Source: Spirochaetia bacterium
Lineage (GTDB): Bacteria; Spirochaetota; Spirochaetia; SZUA-6; Bin103
Reading direction: 5' to 3'
Length of the DNA stretch: 64,000 bases
Assembly: GCA_965203905.1 (NCBI GenBank)
Contig: CBDBDQ010000005.1
Location: forward strand, 4,032,001-4,096,000
Position numbers and translations under genes: made by a program. The notes under the pieces are model-generated. The model had not been told where the DNA came from, made no database searches, and was given only the letters and a program-made list of their open reading frames with translations. Positions 35,901-45,901 of the stretch are shown one piece after another (position 1 is the stretch's first letter; each line of letters begins with the position of its first letter).

Positions 35901-38453
35901 TCACAACAGGTTGGAGACGCGCCGGTAGACGGCGCTGAGACGCGTCTGCTGCTGCTCGTTCAGGGCCTGCTCCGGGGCGTCTGCCAGCGCTTCCAGGGCC
36001 GCCAGGCTGTCGGCCACCGCGTTCTGCAGGTTGCGGCGGGCGGACAGCCAGAACCCGCCCGCCGCGTCGGTTTGCAGGGTCAGAAAGCTCAGCTTGGCGC
36101 CGCCCACCTTGCGTGGGCTCAGGGCCAGCACGAACTGCAGCCGTTCCAGGAGCTGGGCCGCATCCTGCGGCAGGTGCAGGGTGTCACGCGGCCAGTCACC
36201 GTCCACCCGGTGCGCGGGATCGATTTTCTCGAGTACCTCGAACAGGGGCCCGAGGCGTGCGCCGGCCATGATCTCGGCGCCGTCCAGCACGATCCTGCCG
36301 CGCAGGGTGCGGTGACCGGAGAGGCCCCGGCGGCCGGCCCGGCGCGCCAGCGGGGCCGCCTGCTCCCAGGGCAGCGTGACCAGGCGCCGCTTGCCGTGCG
36401 CGGCGACCGCAAACGTCTGCCCCAGGAGGTGGACCTGCGGCGCGTCGCCCGCGACGCGAACGCTGCGGCGCGCGCCAGCCCGCGGATACGGTTCGCGGCC
36501 GCCGGAGGCTTCGCGCTCCCGGCTGCGCCCGGGGCGCTCGCGGGACACGGCGATCAGGTCTGCCAGCAGGTCCGGCGAAATCGCCTGTACCTCCCGCCGG
36601 CTCAGCGGCGACACCGAGCGGGCGTAGGTGCGCGAGGTACGCACGATTTCCCCGGCCACCAGGTAGCGCGCCGGCTGCCGGTACATGGCCGAACCGGGAT
36701 GAATGAAAATGTTGCCCGCGGTAGGACTGCGGTAGCGTCCGGGCCCCGCAGCGACGCATACGAACTGAATCAGCCCGCGGGCCACCGCGCACAGGTAGTG
36801 ACTCAGCGGCCCGCCCCCGGTGATGGGGATGCCGAGGCCGCTGACGATCTCCTCCAGTTGCTCCTTGATGTTGAGGATCTCGTACATGGTACGTGGCTCA
36901 AGGTAGTTGCGGCTGCAGAATCCGTCGCGGTCGTCGCTGTCGCGAAAGTCGGTGAACAGGGTCAGGTATGCCGCCAGATCGCCCAGCGGATGGCGCCACC
37001 CGTGGTGCGCGTGACGCGCCTCCATCTCATGTCCCTCGGGCAGTACGAAGGGGCTCGGCACGGACAGGAAGGCGGTCGCGATGAGCGCTTCCTCGAGCAC
37101 CTCCGGGTAGCGCTGGACCGCTTCGACGATGATCCGGGCGTGGCGTGGCAGAATCGGGAACTGCACCATGAGGCGGCCGACGGCGGTGAGCCGGCGCTCC
37201 TGGTCCAACGCATCCAGCATGCCGAGCAGCTCCACCGCTGCGGCGACCCGTTCGCGGCCGGGAGGAGAGAGGAAGTCGAACTCCTCGAACTCGGTGATCC
37301 CCAGGTCCGCCATGCGCAGCACCACCTCCGACAGGTCGGTGCGATGGATCTCCTCCAGCTCGAACAGCGGGCGCGCCCGATACGACTGCTCGGAGTAGAG
37401 CCGGTAGCAGGTGCCCGGACCCGTGCGCCCGGCGCGCCCGCGGCGCTGGTTGCAGGAGGCGTGCGAGATCGGCTGCTCGGTGAGGGCGGAGGTGAGGGTG
37501 CGGGTGTTGTAGGAATTGATCTTGGCCAGGCCGGAGTCGATCACGAAGCCGATGCCCGGAATGGTGACACTGGTCTCGGCGATGTTGGTGGCCAGCACGA
37601 TCTTGCGGCGGCCGGGAAAGTGGTCGAACACGCGCGCCTGCTCGGCGCGGGAGAGACGCGCGTAGAGGGGCAGCAGGTGCCAGCTCCTGCTCTCGCGCAT
37701 TGCCGCCAGGGCGGCGATGCCGGCACGGATGTCGCGCTCTCCCGAGAGAAAGATCAGCACGTCGCCGGGCTTCCGGGCGCGGTGGATCTGCAACACGATC
37801 TTCTCGATGCTGGCCAGCAGCTGTTCCGGATCGCCGCTGGGCTGGAACGGGCGATATTCGATCCGCACCGGATGTACCGGCGTATCGATGCGGATGATCG
37901 GGCAGCCGTCGAAGTACTCCGCGAACACCTCGGCATTGATGGTGGCGGAGGAGACGATCACCTTGAAGTCGGAGCGCTGGGCGAGCACTCCCTTCAGCAA
38001 CCCCAGCACGAAGTCGATGGTGAGCGAACGCTCGTGCGCTTCATCCACCAGCAGCACGCCGTATTCGCTCAGCAGACGGTCGTGCTTGAGCTCCTGCAGC
38101 AGCACGCCGTCGGTCATGATCTTGATCTTCGTGCGCTCGCCGGTGGTGTCCTCGAAGCGCATCTTGTAGGCGGCGACGTCGGCATCGCCGCCGTCCGCGA
38201 CGAGTTGCGCCCGCACGAAGTCGGTTACCGAGACCGCCGCGATCCGGCGCGGCTGGGTCACCCCGATGCGGCCGTGCGCGGCATACCCGGCGTCATGGAG
38301 TATGCGTGGCAGCTGGGTGGTCTTGCCCGATCCGGTCGGGCTCTCCACCACGATGGCCGGGCTGCGCGCGAGTTGTTCCAGAACCTCCTGTCGCTGGCGG
38401 GCGACCGGCAGCGCTGCGGCGATCTCTGCGATGTGCTCGGGGGCGGGCTGCAT
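35901..38453 (-). CDS. hrpA: ATP-dependent RNA helicase HrpA (DEAH box)
   Basis: SPTGSGKTTQ, TQPRRIAA, DEAHER, SAT, ATNIAETSVT, QRRGRAGR; ATG 38453 preceded by TGgTAGAAT. Confidence 0.9.
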   Translation of the reverse strand: MQPAPEHIAEIAAALPVARQRQEVLEQLARSPAIVVESPTGSGKTTQLPRILHDAGYAAHGRIGVTQPRRIAAVSVTDFVRAQLVADGGDADVAAYKMRFEDTTGERTKIKIMTDGVLLQELKHDRLLSEYGVLLVDEAHERSLTIDFVLGLLKGVLAQRSDFKVIVSSATINAEVFAEYFDGCPIIRIDTPVHPVRIEYRPFQPSGDPEQLLASIEKIVLQIHRARKPGDVLIFLSGERDIRAGIAALAAMRESRSWHLLPLYARLSRAEQARVFDHFPGRRKIVLATNIAETSVTIPGIGFVIDSGLAKINSYNTRTLTSALTEQPISHASCNQRRGRAGRTGPGTCYRLYSEQSYRARPLFELEEIHRTDLSEVVLRMADLGITEFEEFDFLSPPGRERVAAAVELLGMLDALDQERRLTAVGRLMVQFPILPRHARIIVEAVQRYPEVLEEALIATAFLSVPSPFVLPEGHEMEARHAHHGWRHPLGDLAAYLTLFTDFRDSDDRDGFCSRNYLEPRTMYEILNIKEQLEEIVSGLGIPITGGGPLSHYLCAVARGLIQFVCVAAGPGRYRSPTAGNIFIHPGSAMYRQPARYLVAGEIVRTSRTYARSVSPLSRREVQAISPDLLADLIAVSRERPGRSREREASGGREPYPRAGARRSVRVAGDAPQVHLLGQTFAVAAHGKRRLVTLPWEQAAPLARRAGRRGLSGHRTLRGRIVLDGAEIMAGARLGPLFEVLEKIDPAHRVDGDWPRDTLHLPQDAAQLLERLQFVLALSPRKVGGAKLSFLTLQTDAAGGFWLSARRNLQNAVADSLAALEALADAPEQALNEQQQTRLSAVYRRVSNLL

Positions 38454-38534
38454 AGCGCATTCTACCACCGCCGCCGGTGCCGCTGGTCGCGCCGGCACGC
38501 GGAGTGTTAGGCTGACCTGGAAGGCCACGACCGA

Positions 38535-39677
38535 ATGGCACTACCGCGGCAGATGCGCAGCGTGCGCCCGGAGCGCAACGATCAGGAGATCGTGCTGTAC
38601 GTGCGCAGCATCCCGTTCCTTACACCGCGCGAGATAACGGCGACCATCCGTGAGGCGGGCTACGTCGGTCAGGATCGCGCCGTCACCGCCGTGTCCCTGA
38701 TGGCATATCGGCACGTGTCACGGCTGCGCAAGATGCACCTCGAGGGAATCAGCCGCGACCTGCTGCCGGACAAAACCAACCTGTTGCTGGTCGGCCCGAC
38801 CGGTTGCGGCAAGACCCACCTGGTGGAACTGCTGTTCCAGCACATCCTGCACCTGCCCACCATAATCGTCGATCTGACCGGCTACTCGGAGACCGGCTAC
38901 GTCGGTCAGGAGGTCACCTCGATCCTGACGCGGCTGCTGTATGCGGCGGACCTGAACCAGGTCGCCAGCTCGGTCGGCGTGGTGTGTCTGGACGAGTTCG
39001 ACAAGGTGGCCTCCGGACAGAACAATGCGGTGTTCGCCGGTGCCGGAAGCACCAAGGACGTCTCCGGGCTCGGGGTCCAGCGCGAGCTCCTGAAGATGCT
39101 GGAGGCGGCGGAGATCTCGGTGCCGAACGATCTGTCACATTCCGAGTACGGGGCGCGCACGGTGATGTCGACCTCCGATATCGCGTTCATAGGCTGCGGT
39201 GCCTTTTCCGGCTTCAAGGGGATAACGGATGCCGCGCGCGGGGAGGACATCGGCTTTGGCCGCAATGCCACCGGGCACGACCCCGACCGCATCGCCGTGT
39301 CCTATACCGAAGATGACGTGGCCGCCGTGCGCCACTTCCATCGCTTCGGCTTCCTGCCCGAGCTGATCGGCCGGTTCAAGCGCATCGTGCCGTTCCAGTC
39401 CTTGTCCGAGGACCAGCTCACCGACATCCTCAGGCAGAACATTCTGCGCCAGTACCGTAACGAGTTCCGCTTCGAGGAGATTCAGCTCGAGGTCGCCGAC
39501 GCGGTGCTGCAGCTCATGGTGCGCCAGGCGCTGCGCAAGGAGAGCGGCGCCCGGGGGCTGGAGTCGGTGTTCGCGCGCCACCTGGAGGACGCCGCCTTCG
39601 CGGCCTACTCCGAGGAGGAAGTCAAGCGCGTGCGCCTCCGCCTGCGCGGCGACGAGGTGGTCTTCGACCTGGACTGA
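38535..39677 (+). CDS. ClpX-like AAA+ ATPase lacking the N-terminal zinc-binding domain
   Basis: GPTGCGKT, ETGYVGQEV, CLDEFDK, DVSGLGVQRELLK, IGF loop, PELIGR, GARGL. Confidence 0.85.
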   Translation: MALPRQMRSVRPERNDQEIVLYVRSIPFLTPREITATIREAGYVGQDRAVTAVSLMAYRHVSRLRKMHLEGISRDLLPDKTNLLLVGPTGCGKTHLVELLFQHILHLPTIIVDLTGYSETGYVGQEVTSILTRLLYAADLNQVASSVGVVCLDEFDKVASGQNNAVFAGAGSTKDVSGLGVQRELLKMLEAAEISVPNDLSHSEYGARTVMSTSDIAFIGCGAFSGFKGITDAARGEDIGFGRNATGHDPDRIAVSYTEDDVAAVRHFHRFGFLPELIGRFKRIVPFQSLSEDQLTDILRQNILRQYRNEFRFEEIQLEVADAVLQLMVRQALRKESGARGLESVFARHLEDAAFAAYSEEEVKRVRLRLRGDEVVFDLD

Positions 39678-39780
39678 CCGCCCTCCTGCACGGCCCTGAG
39701 ATGGCGGCGGCCGGCCGGTTGCCAAGCCGGGGCGCGCCGGCCTACGATGCCGTGGCCGACACGCCTCATCCTACGCACCA

Positions 39781-40818
39781 GTGCTCAAGCGGTATCGCAG
39801 AACTGCGGACGGCGCTCCTCGCGTCACCGCCAACGTCTACCTCCTCGCCGAACACGGAATTGGCAGCGCGGCCATTGACGCCGGCGCGGTCGGCATCTGC
39901 CAGCGCCTGGCGCGTGCCGGCCACGAGACCTACATCGTCGGCGGCGCCCTGCGCGATCTGTTGACCGGACGCAGTCCCAAGGACTTCGACATCGCCACCA
40001 GTGCGCGGCCGCGCCAGGTTGCGGGCCTGTTCCGCGGCGCGCACATCATCGGCCGCCGCTTCAAGCTGGTGCACGTGCCGTCGGGAGTGCGCATGTTCGA
40101 GGTCGCTACCTTCCGCGGCCCGGATCGCACTACCGCCAACCGTTACGGCACCATGGACCAGGACGCCTTGCGGCGCGATTTCACCTTCAACGCGCTCTAC
40201 TACGCGCCCCGCAGCGAGCGGCTGATCGACTACGTGGGCGGATTCGAGGACATCCGGCGGCGCACGTTGCACACCGTTGGCACGCCCGAGGGATCGTTCA
40301 TCGAGGACCCGGTACGCATGATCCGGGCGGTGAAGTATGCCCGCCTCGCCGGCTTCACCATGGAGCGGCGCTACCGGGTGTTGATCAGCCGTCACGCCGG
40401 CCGCCTGGCCGAGTGCTCGGCGGAGCGGTTGACCGAGGAGCTGGCAAAGATCCTGAGCTGCGGGCGGGCGGCGCCGATCCTGGACTTCGCACACCGCCTC
40501 GGGCTGTTCGCGGTGCTGCTGCCGCGGCTGGACGCGCACGCCGGGGCGCGGCTGCGCAGCTCGCAGATGGGGCAGCGGCTGCTGGAGCTGGATCGGCGGC
40601 TGGCCTCCGCTCCGTCCCCCGGGACCCGCGAGCTGCGCACGCTGATGTTCGGCACGCTCCTGGTGGAGGTAGCGACCATGGACCGTTCGTGGCAACTGGA
40701 GGAGCAGCCGGAGAAAGCGCTGGCGCAGCGCTTGCGGCGGGCCATGGAACCCCTGGTGCTGCCGCAGGTGGATGCCTTGCGGGTGGCAGCGCGCCTGGCC
40801 CGGGACGCCGGCGCCTGA
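39781..40818 (+). CDS. pcnB: Poly(A) polymerase I (class II nucleotidyltransferase)
   Basis: VGGALRD, DFDIAT, PAP signature IIGRRFKLVHV, RRDFTFNAL, EDPVRMIRA. Confidence 0.88.
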   Translation: MLKRYRRTADGAPRVTANVYLLAEHGIGSAAIDAGAVGICQRLARAGHETYIVGGALRDLLTGRSPKDFDIATSARPRQVAGLFRGAHIIGRRFKLVHVPSGVRMFEVATFRGPDRTTANRYGTMDQDALRRDFTFNALYYAPRSERLIDYVGGFEDIRRRTLHTVGTPEGSFIEDPVRMIRAVKYARLAGFTMERRYRVLISRHAGRLAECSAERLTEELAKILSCGRAAPILDFAHRLGLFAVLLPRLDAHAGARLRSSQMGQRLLELDRRLASAPSPGTRELRTLMFGTLLVEVATMDRSWQLEEQPEKALAQRLRRAMEPLVLPQVDALRVAARLARDAGA

Positions 40819-40908
40819 CCGGCCGTGGGAGCCAGCCGCCGCCCGTGGGCGTCGCTTTTTGGCCCATCCCGTCCGATCAACAGGAGTCTGTCGTAGTCCG
40901 CCAGACTC

Positions 40909-41934
40909 CTATTGCCGGCGGCGCGCGGCAGAATCGGCGCCGCCGTCGGCCGCGCGCGGCGCCGACCGGCCGCCACGCGGGCCGCGCTGGCGCTGGCGGC
41001 CGCGGCGCCGCGGTGGCTGCCCGTCGGCGGCTGCCGGCGCCGGCGGCGGCGCACCGTCCGTGGCAGCGGGTGGTCCCACCTTGTCCACCGTGATGTCGAC
41101 CTGGTTGATCAGCAGTCCGGAAAACCGTTCCACGCTGGAGATGATGTAGTCGCGGAGCTGGTGCAGGCGACCGGCCACCGGCGTGTCGAACGGCACCCGC
41201 AACACCACCTCCAGGCCCGGTTGGCGCAGATCGCCGATCACCACCAGGCGCTCGATCTGGAACTCGGGGGCGAACTCGTGCACGCAGTGCAGCACCATCT
41301 GGGTCAGCGCCGCCTCGGAGACGGTCACCTGTCCCCGCCGCTCGAATTCGGGACTGACCACCGTCTTTTCGAATATGCGCCCGCGGCGGCGCAGGAAGTT
41401 GTTGCGCAGGAAGATGGTGATCGAGTCGATGACGATGTTGGCGTAGTCGCGCTTTACCTCGATGGGCGGCACCGGAATGATGTGGCGGCCCTGGGTGCGG
41501 CGCGAGCGCAGCGCGGCGTCGATCTCCTCCTCCGTTGCCACGTCCTCGATGGTGATGATCCTCTGAACCCGCGGCAGCCCGAGCCGTTCCGTGATGCGGG
41601 AGACCATCTTTTCGGAGGTGGCGATGATCAGGATGCGTTGCGCCCGGGTGCGCTCCAGCACCCGGCGTACCTCGCGGGCGTGCGCTTCGTCATGGAACAC
41701 CGCGGTCTTGACCGCCTCGATGCCACCCTGCTCCCGCTTGGCGGAGCGTCCCGCGAGGATCTTCTGCCCCTGGATCAGCAGGCCGTCGTCGATGATTGCC
41801 TCGATGTTGTACTTGCGGGCGATCAACTGGGCGCGGAAACTCTTGCCGGTACCGCTCTTGCCCACCAGTGCCATGACCTGGACCCCGCGCAGCGCCCACA
41901 GGACACCTCGTACCATGCGCCGCAGATCTGCCAC
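40909..41934 (-). CDS. P-loop NTPase-like protein with C-terminal Asp23/Gls24-like domain
   Basis: LVGKSGTGKSFRA, IIDDGLLI, AGRSAKRE, HIIPVP.IEVK; C-term ...IISSVERFSGLLINQVDITV. Confidence 0.72.
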   Translation of the reverse strand: MADLRRMVRGVLWALRGVQVMALVGKSGTGKSFRAQLIARKYNIEAIIDDGLLIQGQKILAGRSAKREQGGIEAVKTAVFHDEAHAREVRRVLERTRAQRILIIATSEKMVSRITERLGLPRVQRIITIEDVATEEEIDAALRSRRTQGRHIIPVPPIEVKRDYANIVIDSITIFLRNNFLRRRGRIFEKTVVSPEFERRGQVTVSEAALTQMVLHCVHEFAPEFQIERLVVIGDLRQPGLEVVLRVPFDTPVAGRLHQLRDYIISSVERFSGLLINQVDITVDKVGPPAATDGAPPPAPAAADGQPPRRRGRQRQRGPRGGRSAPRAADGGADSAARRRQ

Positions 41935-41935
41935 G

Positions 41936-43006
41936 TCAGCTCCCCGTTCCGACCGCTTGCGGCCGGCTCGGGCCGGCCTTCCACGAGTGTGCGGTCTTGC
42001 GCAGTTGTGTCAGCACGGCCGCCTCGGCGCGCCGCGCAGTGCCGCCTCCGAAGCGGCGGTCGAGCGCCAGCCGGGCGGCAGGCGGCAGCGGGGCCACGAT
42101 CGCGACTTCCCGTTCCCGGAGATCGGTTTCCCGGAGATCGTTGCGGATCGCGGCGGCGTGCAGCAGGGGCTGGCTGCGGGCCGGGCCGGCCGCGCCGTAG
42201 CGTGCGTCCCCCAGCAGGGGATGCCCGCGGAGCGCCGCCTGGGCACGGATCTGGTGGCGGCGACCGGTGAGCAGTTGCATCAGCAGCAGGGTGGCGGGAG
42301 TTTCGGCAGCGGTTCGGGCCAGCTCCCAGACCCGCGTGCGCGCCGCGCGCCCGTGGTCGTCGGCCCGTGTCCGCCGCTGCTGCCGGTCGTAGCGCAAGGT
42401 GTCGGTCCACGTCGTGCCGGCGGGGGCAGATGACACGGTTCCGGCCACCACCGCCAGATACAGCTTGAGCACCTGCCCGCTGCGCAGCGCCAGCGACCAC
42501 TGCCGCGCGGCATGAAGGCGCTCCGCGATCACCAGCACTCCACTGGTGATGCGATCGAGCTGATGCACCGGCGCCGGAGCGAAGCTCAGGGCAGCGTCCC
42601 GCGGGGGCAGTTCCCGACCCAATCGGCCCATCACCGAATCCCCGTCGCCATGGACCGCCAGGCCGGCCGGTTTGGCGACCGCCACGACACCGCCGCCGCG
42701 GTACAGAATGGGTGGCGTCGCTCCCGACTCGCGCCGTGCTCCCCGCTCGCGGTCGGGCCGCGGCCGCGGTGGAGAAGCGTTCCGCGCCAGGGCCGCGTGC
42801 ACCCAGATCGTGTCGGCCGGCCGGGTACGGGCGGCCGGCTCCACGCGCGACCCGTTGACGCGAATGTCCCCCTCGCGCAACGCTTGGTAGAGTCGCGACA
42901 GCGGTATCCGCGGCAGCAGCCGGCGTACCACCCGGTCGACTCGCCGGTCGACGTCATCGGCCTGGACTCGGAACGACGCATGCGACGATTGCGGCGGGCT
43001 GCTCAC
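41936..43006 (-). CDS. RluA/RluC-family pseudouridine synthase with S4 domain
   Basis: S4-like RVDRVVRRLL...GDIRVNG; AKPAGLAVH, VHQLDRITSG, TGRRHQIR, HPLLGDARYG; GTG 43006 downstream of TTGACA-18-TACGGT. Confidence 0.88.
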   Translation of the reverse strand: MSSPPQSSHASFRVQADDVDRRVDRVVRRLLPRIPLSRLYQALREGDIRVNGSRVEPAARTRPADTIWVHAALARNASPPRPRPDRERGARRESGATPPILYRGGGVVAVAKPAGLAVHGDGDSVMGRLGRELPPRDAALSFAPAPVHQLDRITSGVLVIAERLHAARQWSLALRSGQVLKLYLAVVAGTVSSAPAGTTWTDTLRYDRQQRRTRADDHGRAARTRVWELARTAAETPATLLLMQLLTGRRHQIRAQAALRGHPLLGDARYGAAGPARSQPLLHAAAIRNDLRETDLREREVAIVAPLPPAARLALDRRFGGGTARRAEAAVLTQLRKTAHSWKAGPSRPQAVGTGS

Positions 43007-43133
43007 CGGGCAACCGTAGCGCCGGCCTGATTTTGCTGTCAACGGAGCGGCGCTGCCGCGAGGTCGCGCGGGCGGCCGGTCGCGATGTGGCGGAACAAGT
43101 GGCACCGTGGCCGCGGCATGGGGGACAGAAGGG

Positions 43134-44723
43134 GTGCGCCACATCGCGACGCTGGCTTTGGCCGCGGGGGTGCTGATCGCGGGCACCTCGATGCTTGGAT
43201 CGCTGGCCGTGTTCGCCGAGGCACTGCAGGTGTGGCGCGGCTACTACATCCTGATCGTCGAGGAAGGTCACCCTGCCGGGGACCCATTCCATTCAGTGGT
43301 CCAACGCCTGCACGCCGCCGGTTTCGGCACGGTGGTCACGGCGCAGACCGCCGCCGAGCGCGTGACGACCTTCGACGGCTACGAGCGGGTAGCGGTCGCC
43401 GATCTCGCAGCCCGGCTGGACCCGCTCGACCCGCGTTACGATCCCTACCTGCGCCGGGTAGCCGACTGGTTCACCACCGGGACCGCCGCGGGCGCTGCGC
43501 GACTGGCGTACGTGGCGAGCTCCCTGCCGCCGGGCGAGTTCGCGCTTCGTAGCGGGCGCGCGCTGTGGAACAGCGGCCTCCGCTGGCGCATCGTGGAGCT
43601 TCCATGGGAGCGCGCGGCCGCGGCGCTGTTGCTGTTCGCGGCCGCCGCCGTGCTGCAGATCTGGCGCCGCGATCCCTGCGCCCCGCGCTGGTGGCGGCTG
43701 TTGCTGGCGTTCCCGTGGGCGCTGCTGGTGGTCCACGGCGAGCTGGCGGCGGCGCTCATTGCGGTGCCCGCGTACCTCGCCGGTGCCTGGTTGGCCGGCC
43801 CCGTTGCGGCCGCTGCCCGGCGACCGTGGCGGGGGCGCTGGAGTTCCTCCACGACGGTGCTGGCCGTGCTGCTCGCCGTGGTCGTGCTGGGCGCCGGCGG
43901 CCCCGAGCTGGCGGCCCGCGGCGGCGTGCCGTGGCCGGCCGCGCTTCCGGTGCGCGAGCTGCGACGGATGGCGCTCTACCTGATCGCGGGCGGCCTGTGG
44001 ACCGCGGCGCTGGCCGGCGTCGGCCTGGCGGTGCGCTGGCTGGCTGCTGCCGCCGCCCGGGTGCGGGACACGGCTCGCGACCGCCTGCGGCGCGGTTCCA
44101 CGCCCGCGGCAATCGGCGCGCGCCGGCGCCTCTCCGGCCTCGGTTCGAGTGCCGTAGTGTGCCTGACCGGCGTCGCCCTGGTGCTGGCCGCGGCGCGCGG
44201 CGAGCCGGTGCCGCGGCCGGCGGCGGTTCCCTCGGGCGCAGGCTTCACGCTTGCCGAGCTGCCCGCCGTCGGGCCCGGGGGGCCGCACGGGCTGCCGGTC
44301 ATCAGCCACTACGTGGCGCATGCGGCCTACCAGGAGACCCTGCAGTTCGGCCGTGCGTTTGCCGTGCCGGCACCGGACGAGCGGGTGACCGTGGATCAGT
44401 ATCGGCGCGCGCAGGACGGTCGCGTGGTGCACGAAGCGGTCGAGGTGGCCCGCTTCTCGGAGCGCTGGCTGCAGGCCACGCTGGACGCGGTGCCGCGCGT
44501 CAGCCTGCCCGCCCTGCTGGTGGCGCAAGGAGGGCCCGTAGCGGCCCGCCACGGACCGTCGCCGCCCATGGCTCGGGACGAGGCGACGGTCTGGATCGTC
44601 CTCACGCTGCTGCTGGCAGCCGGCACCATCGGCCGCCGCCGGCTGCCGAAGCCGGGCAGGCCGGCGGTTGCCAATGCCGCCGCCCCGGGCACGGGTTGTC
44701 GCCGAATGAAATTCTGCCCTTGA
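43134..44723 (+). CDS. Hypothetical polytopic membrane protein
   Basis: Long ORF with several hydrophobic segments and GC3-biased codons; DPLDPRYDPYL motif; directly upstream of prfB. Confidence 0.6.
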   Translation: MRHIATLALAAGVLIAGTSMLGSLAVFAEALQVWRGYYILIVEEGHPAGDPFHSVVQRLHAAGFGTVVTAQTAAERVTTFDGYERVAVADLAARLDPLDPRYDPYLRRVADWFTTGTAAGAARLAYVASSLPPGEFALRSGRALWNSGLRWRIVELPWERAAAALLLFAAAAVLQIWRRDPCAPRWWRLLLAFPWALLVVHGELAAALIAVPAYLAGAWLAGPVAAAARRPWRGRWSSSTTVLAVLLAVVVLGAGGPELAARGGVPWPAALPVRELRRMALYLIAGGLWTAALAGVGLAVRWLAAAAARVRDTARDRLRRGSTPAAIGARRRLSGLGSSAVVCLTGVALVLAAARGEPVPRPAAVPSGAGFTLAELPAVGPGGPHGLPVISHYVAHAAYQETLQFGRAFAVPAPDERVTVDQYRRAQDGRVVHEAVEVARFSERWLQATLDAVPRVSLPALLVAQGGPVAARHGPSPPMARDEATVWIVLTLLLAAGTIGRRRLPKPGRPAVANAAAPGTGCRRMKFCP

Positions 44724-44769
44724 TGGCCGGCGTTCCGATCGTCATGCTTACCGGCGTCGAGGCAACATA

Positions 44770-45901
44770 GTGCTGCAAGAAATAGAGCAACAGATTACTG
44801 ACCTCAGGGCAGCGATCGACGAGTCCTGGAGGTATCTTTGAACGGGACCGGGTGGAACAGCGCCTGCGCGAGCTGGAGCGGCAGACCGAGGAGCCGGACC
44901 TGTGGCAGGACCGGGAGCGTGCCGAGAGCGTCCTGACGCGACTCAAGAGCCTCAAGCGACGCTACGAGCCGTGGCAGAAGCTGCGTGCGGAGGTCGTAGA
45001 CCTGGCCGAGCTGTACGAACTGGCGGTCGCCGAGGAGGCCGTGGACCTGGAGCAGGAGATCACCGCGACTGCCGCTTCCCTGCAGCGCACCTGCGCAGAC
45101 CTGCAGCAGCTCGAGTGGATGAACGGGCCGCACGATGCCGCCGCCTGCTTTCTCACCGTCCACGCCGGCGCCGGCGGGACCGAGGCGTGCGACTGGGTGG
45201 CAATGCTGTTGCGCATGTACACCCGCTGGGCCGACCGGCACGAGTTCAAGGTGGAGATCATCGATCTCATGGAGGTGGAGGGCGGGGTCAAGTCGGTTAC
45301 CGCGGAGGTGACCGGCGACTACGCGTTCGGCTTCCTGCGTGCCGAAAGCGGCATCCACCGGCTGGTGCGAATCTCCCCGTTCGACGCCAGCAAGCGGCGC
45401 CACACGTCGTTCGCGTCGGTGGCCGCATCACCGGTCATCGACGACTCCATCGAAGTGGACATTCGGTCGGAGGACGTGCGCGTGGACACCTACCGTGCCA
45501 GCGGGGCCGGCGGCCAGCATGTCAACAAGACCGACAGTGCGGTCCGCATGACGCACCTGCCGACCGGGATCGTGGTGCAGTGCCAGAACGAGCGCAGCCA
45601 GCACAAGAATCGCGCTACCGCAATGAAGGTGCTGCGCTCCCGCCTCTACGATCACTTCGAAGAGCAGCAGCGCCGCGAACGGCGCGATCTGGAGGGCGAC
45701 AAGCGCGATATTTCGTGGGGGAACCAGATCCGCTCGTACGTGTTTCAGCCCTATACCATGGTCAAGGACCACCGCACCAAGTTCGAGATCGGCAACGTTC
45801 AGGGGGTGATGGACGGGGCCATCGATCCGTTCATCACCGCGTACCTGAAGCAGGTCGGAGCGGGCGGCGCCGCGGCCACGACCAACGGCGAGGGGCGCTG
45901 A
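44770..45901 (+). CDS. prfB: Peptide chain release factor 2, with programmed +1 frameshift at 44836-44841
   Basis: ORF1 GTG 44770...TGG AGG TAT CTT TGA; the +1 frame continues to SPF (RISPFD) and GGQ motifs. Confidence 0.95.
44829..44842 (+). promoter_or_regulatory. prfB frameshift cassette (internal SD plus slippery CTT-TGA)
   Basis: GGAGG-TAT-CTTTGA-A. Confidence 0.88.

Noticed and set aside
38484-38510. CIRCE (HrcA) operator before the ClpX-like gene
   Set aside because: Only a half-site-like GAGTGTTAG is present, with no matching left arm at 9-bp spacing.
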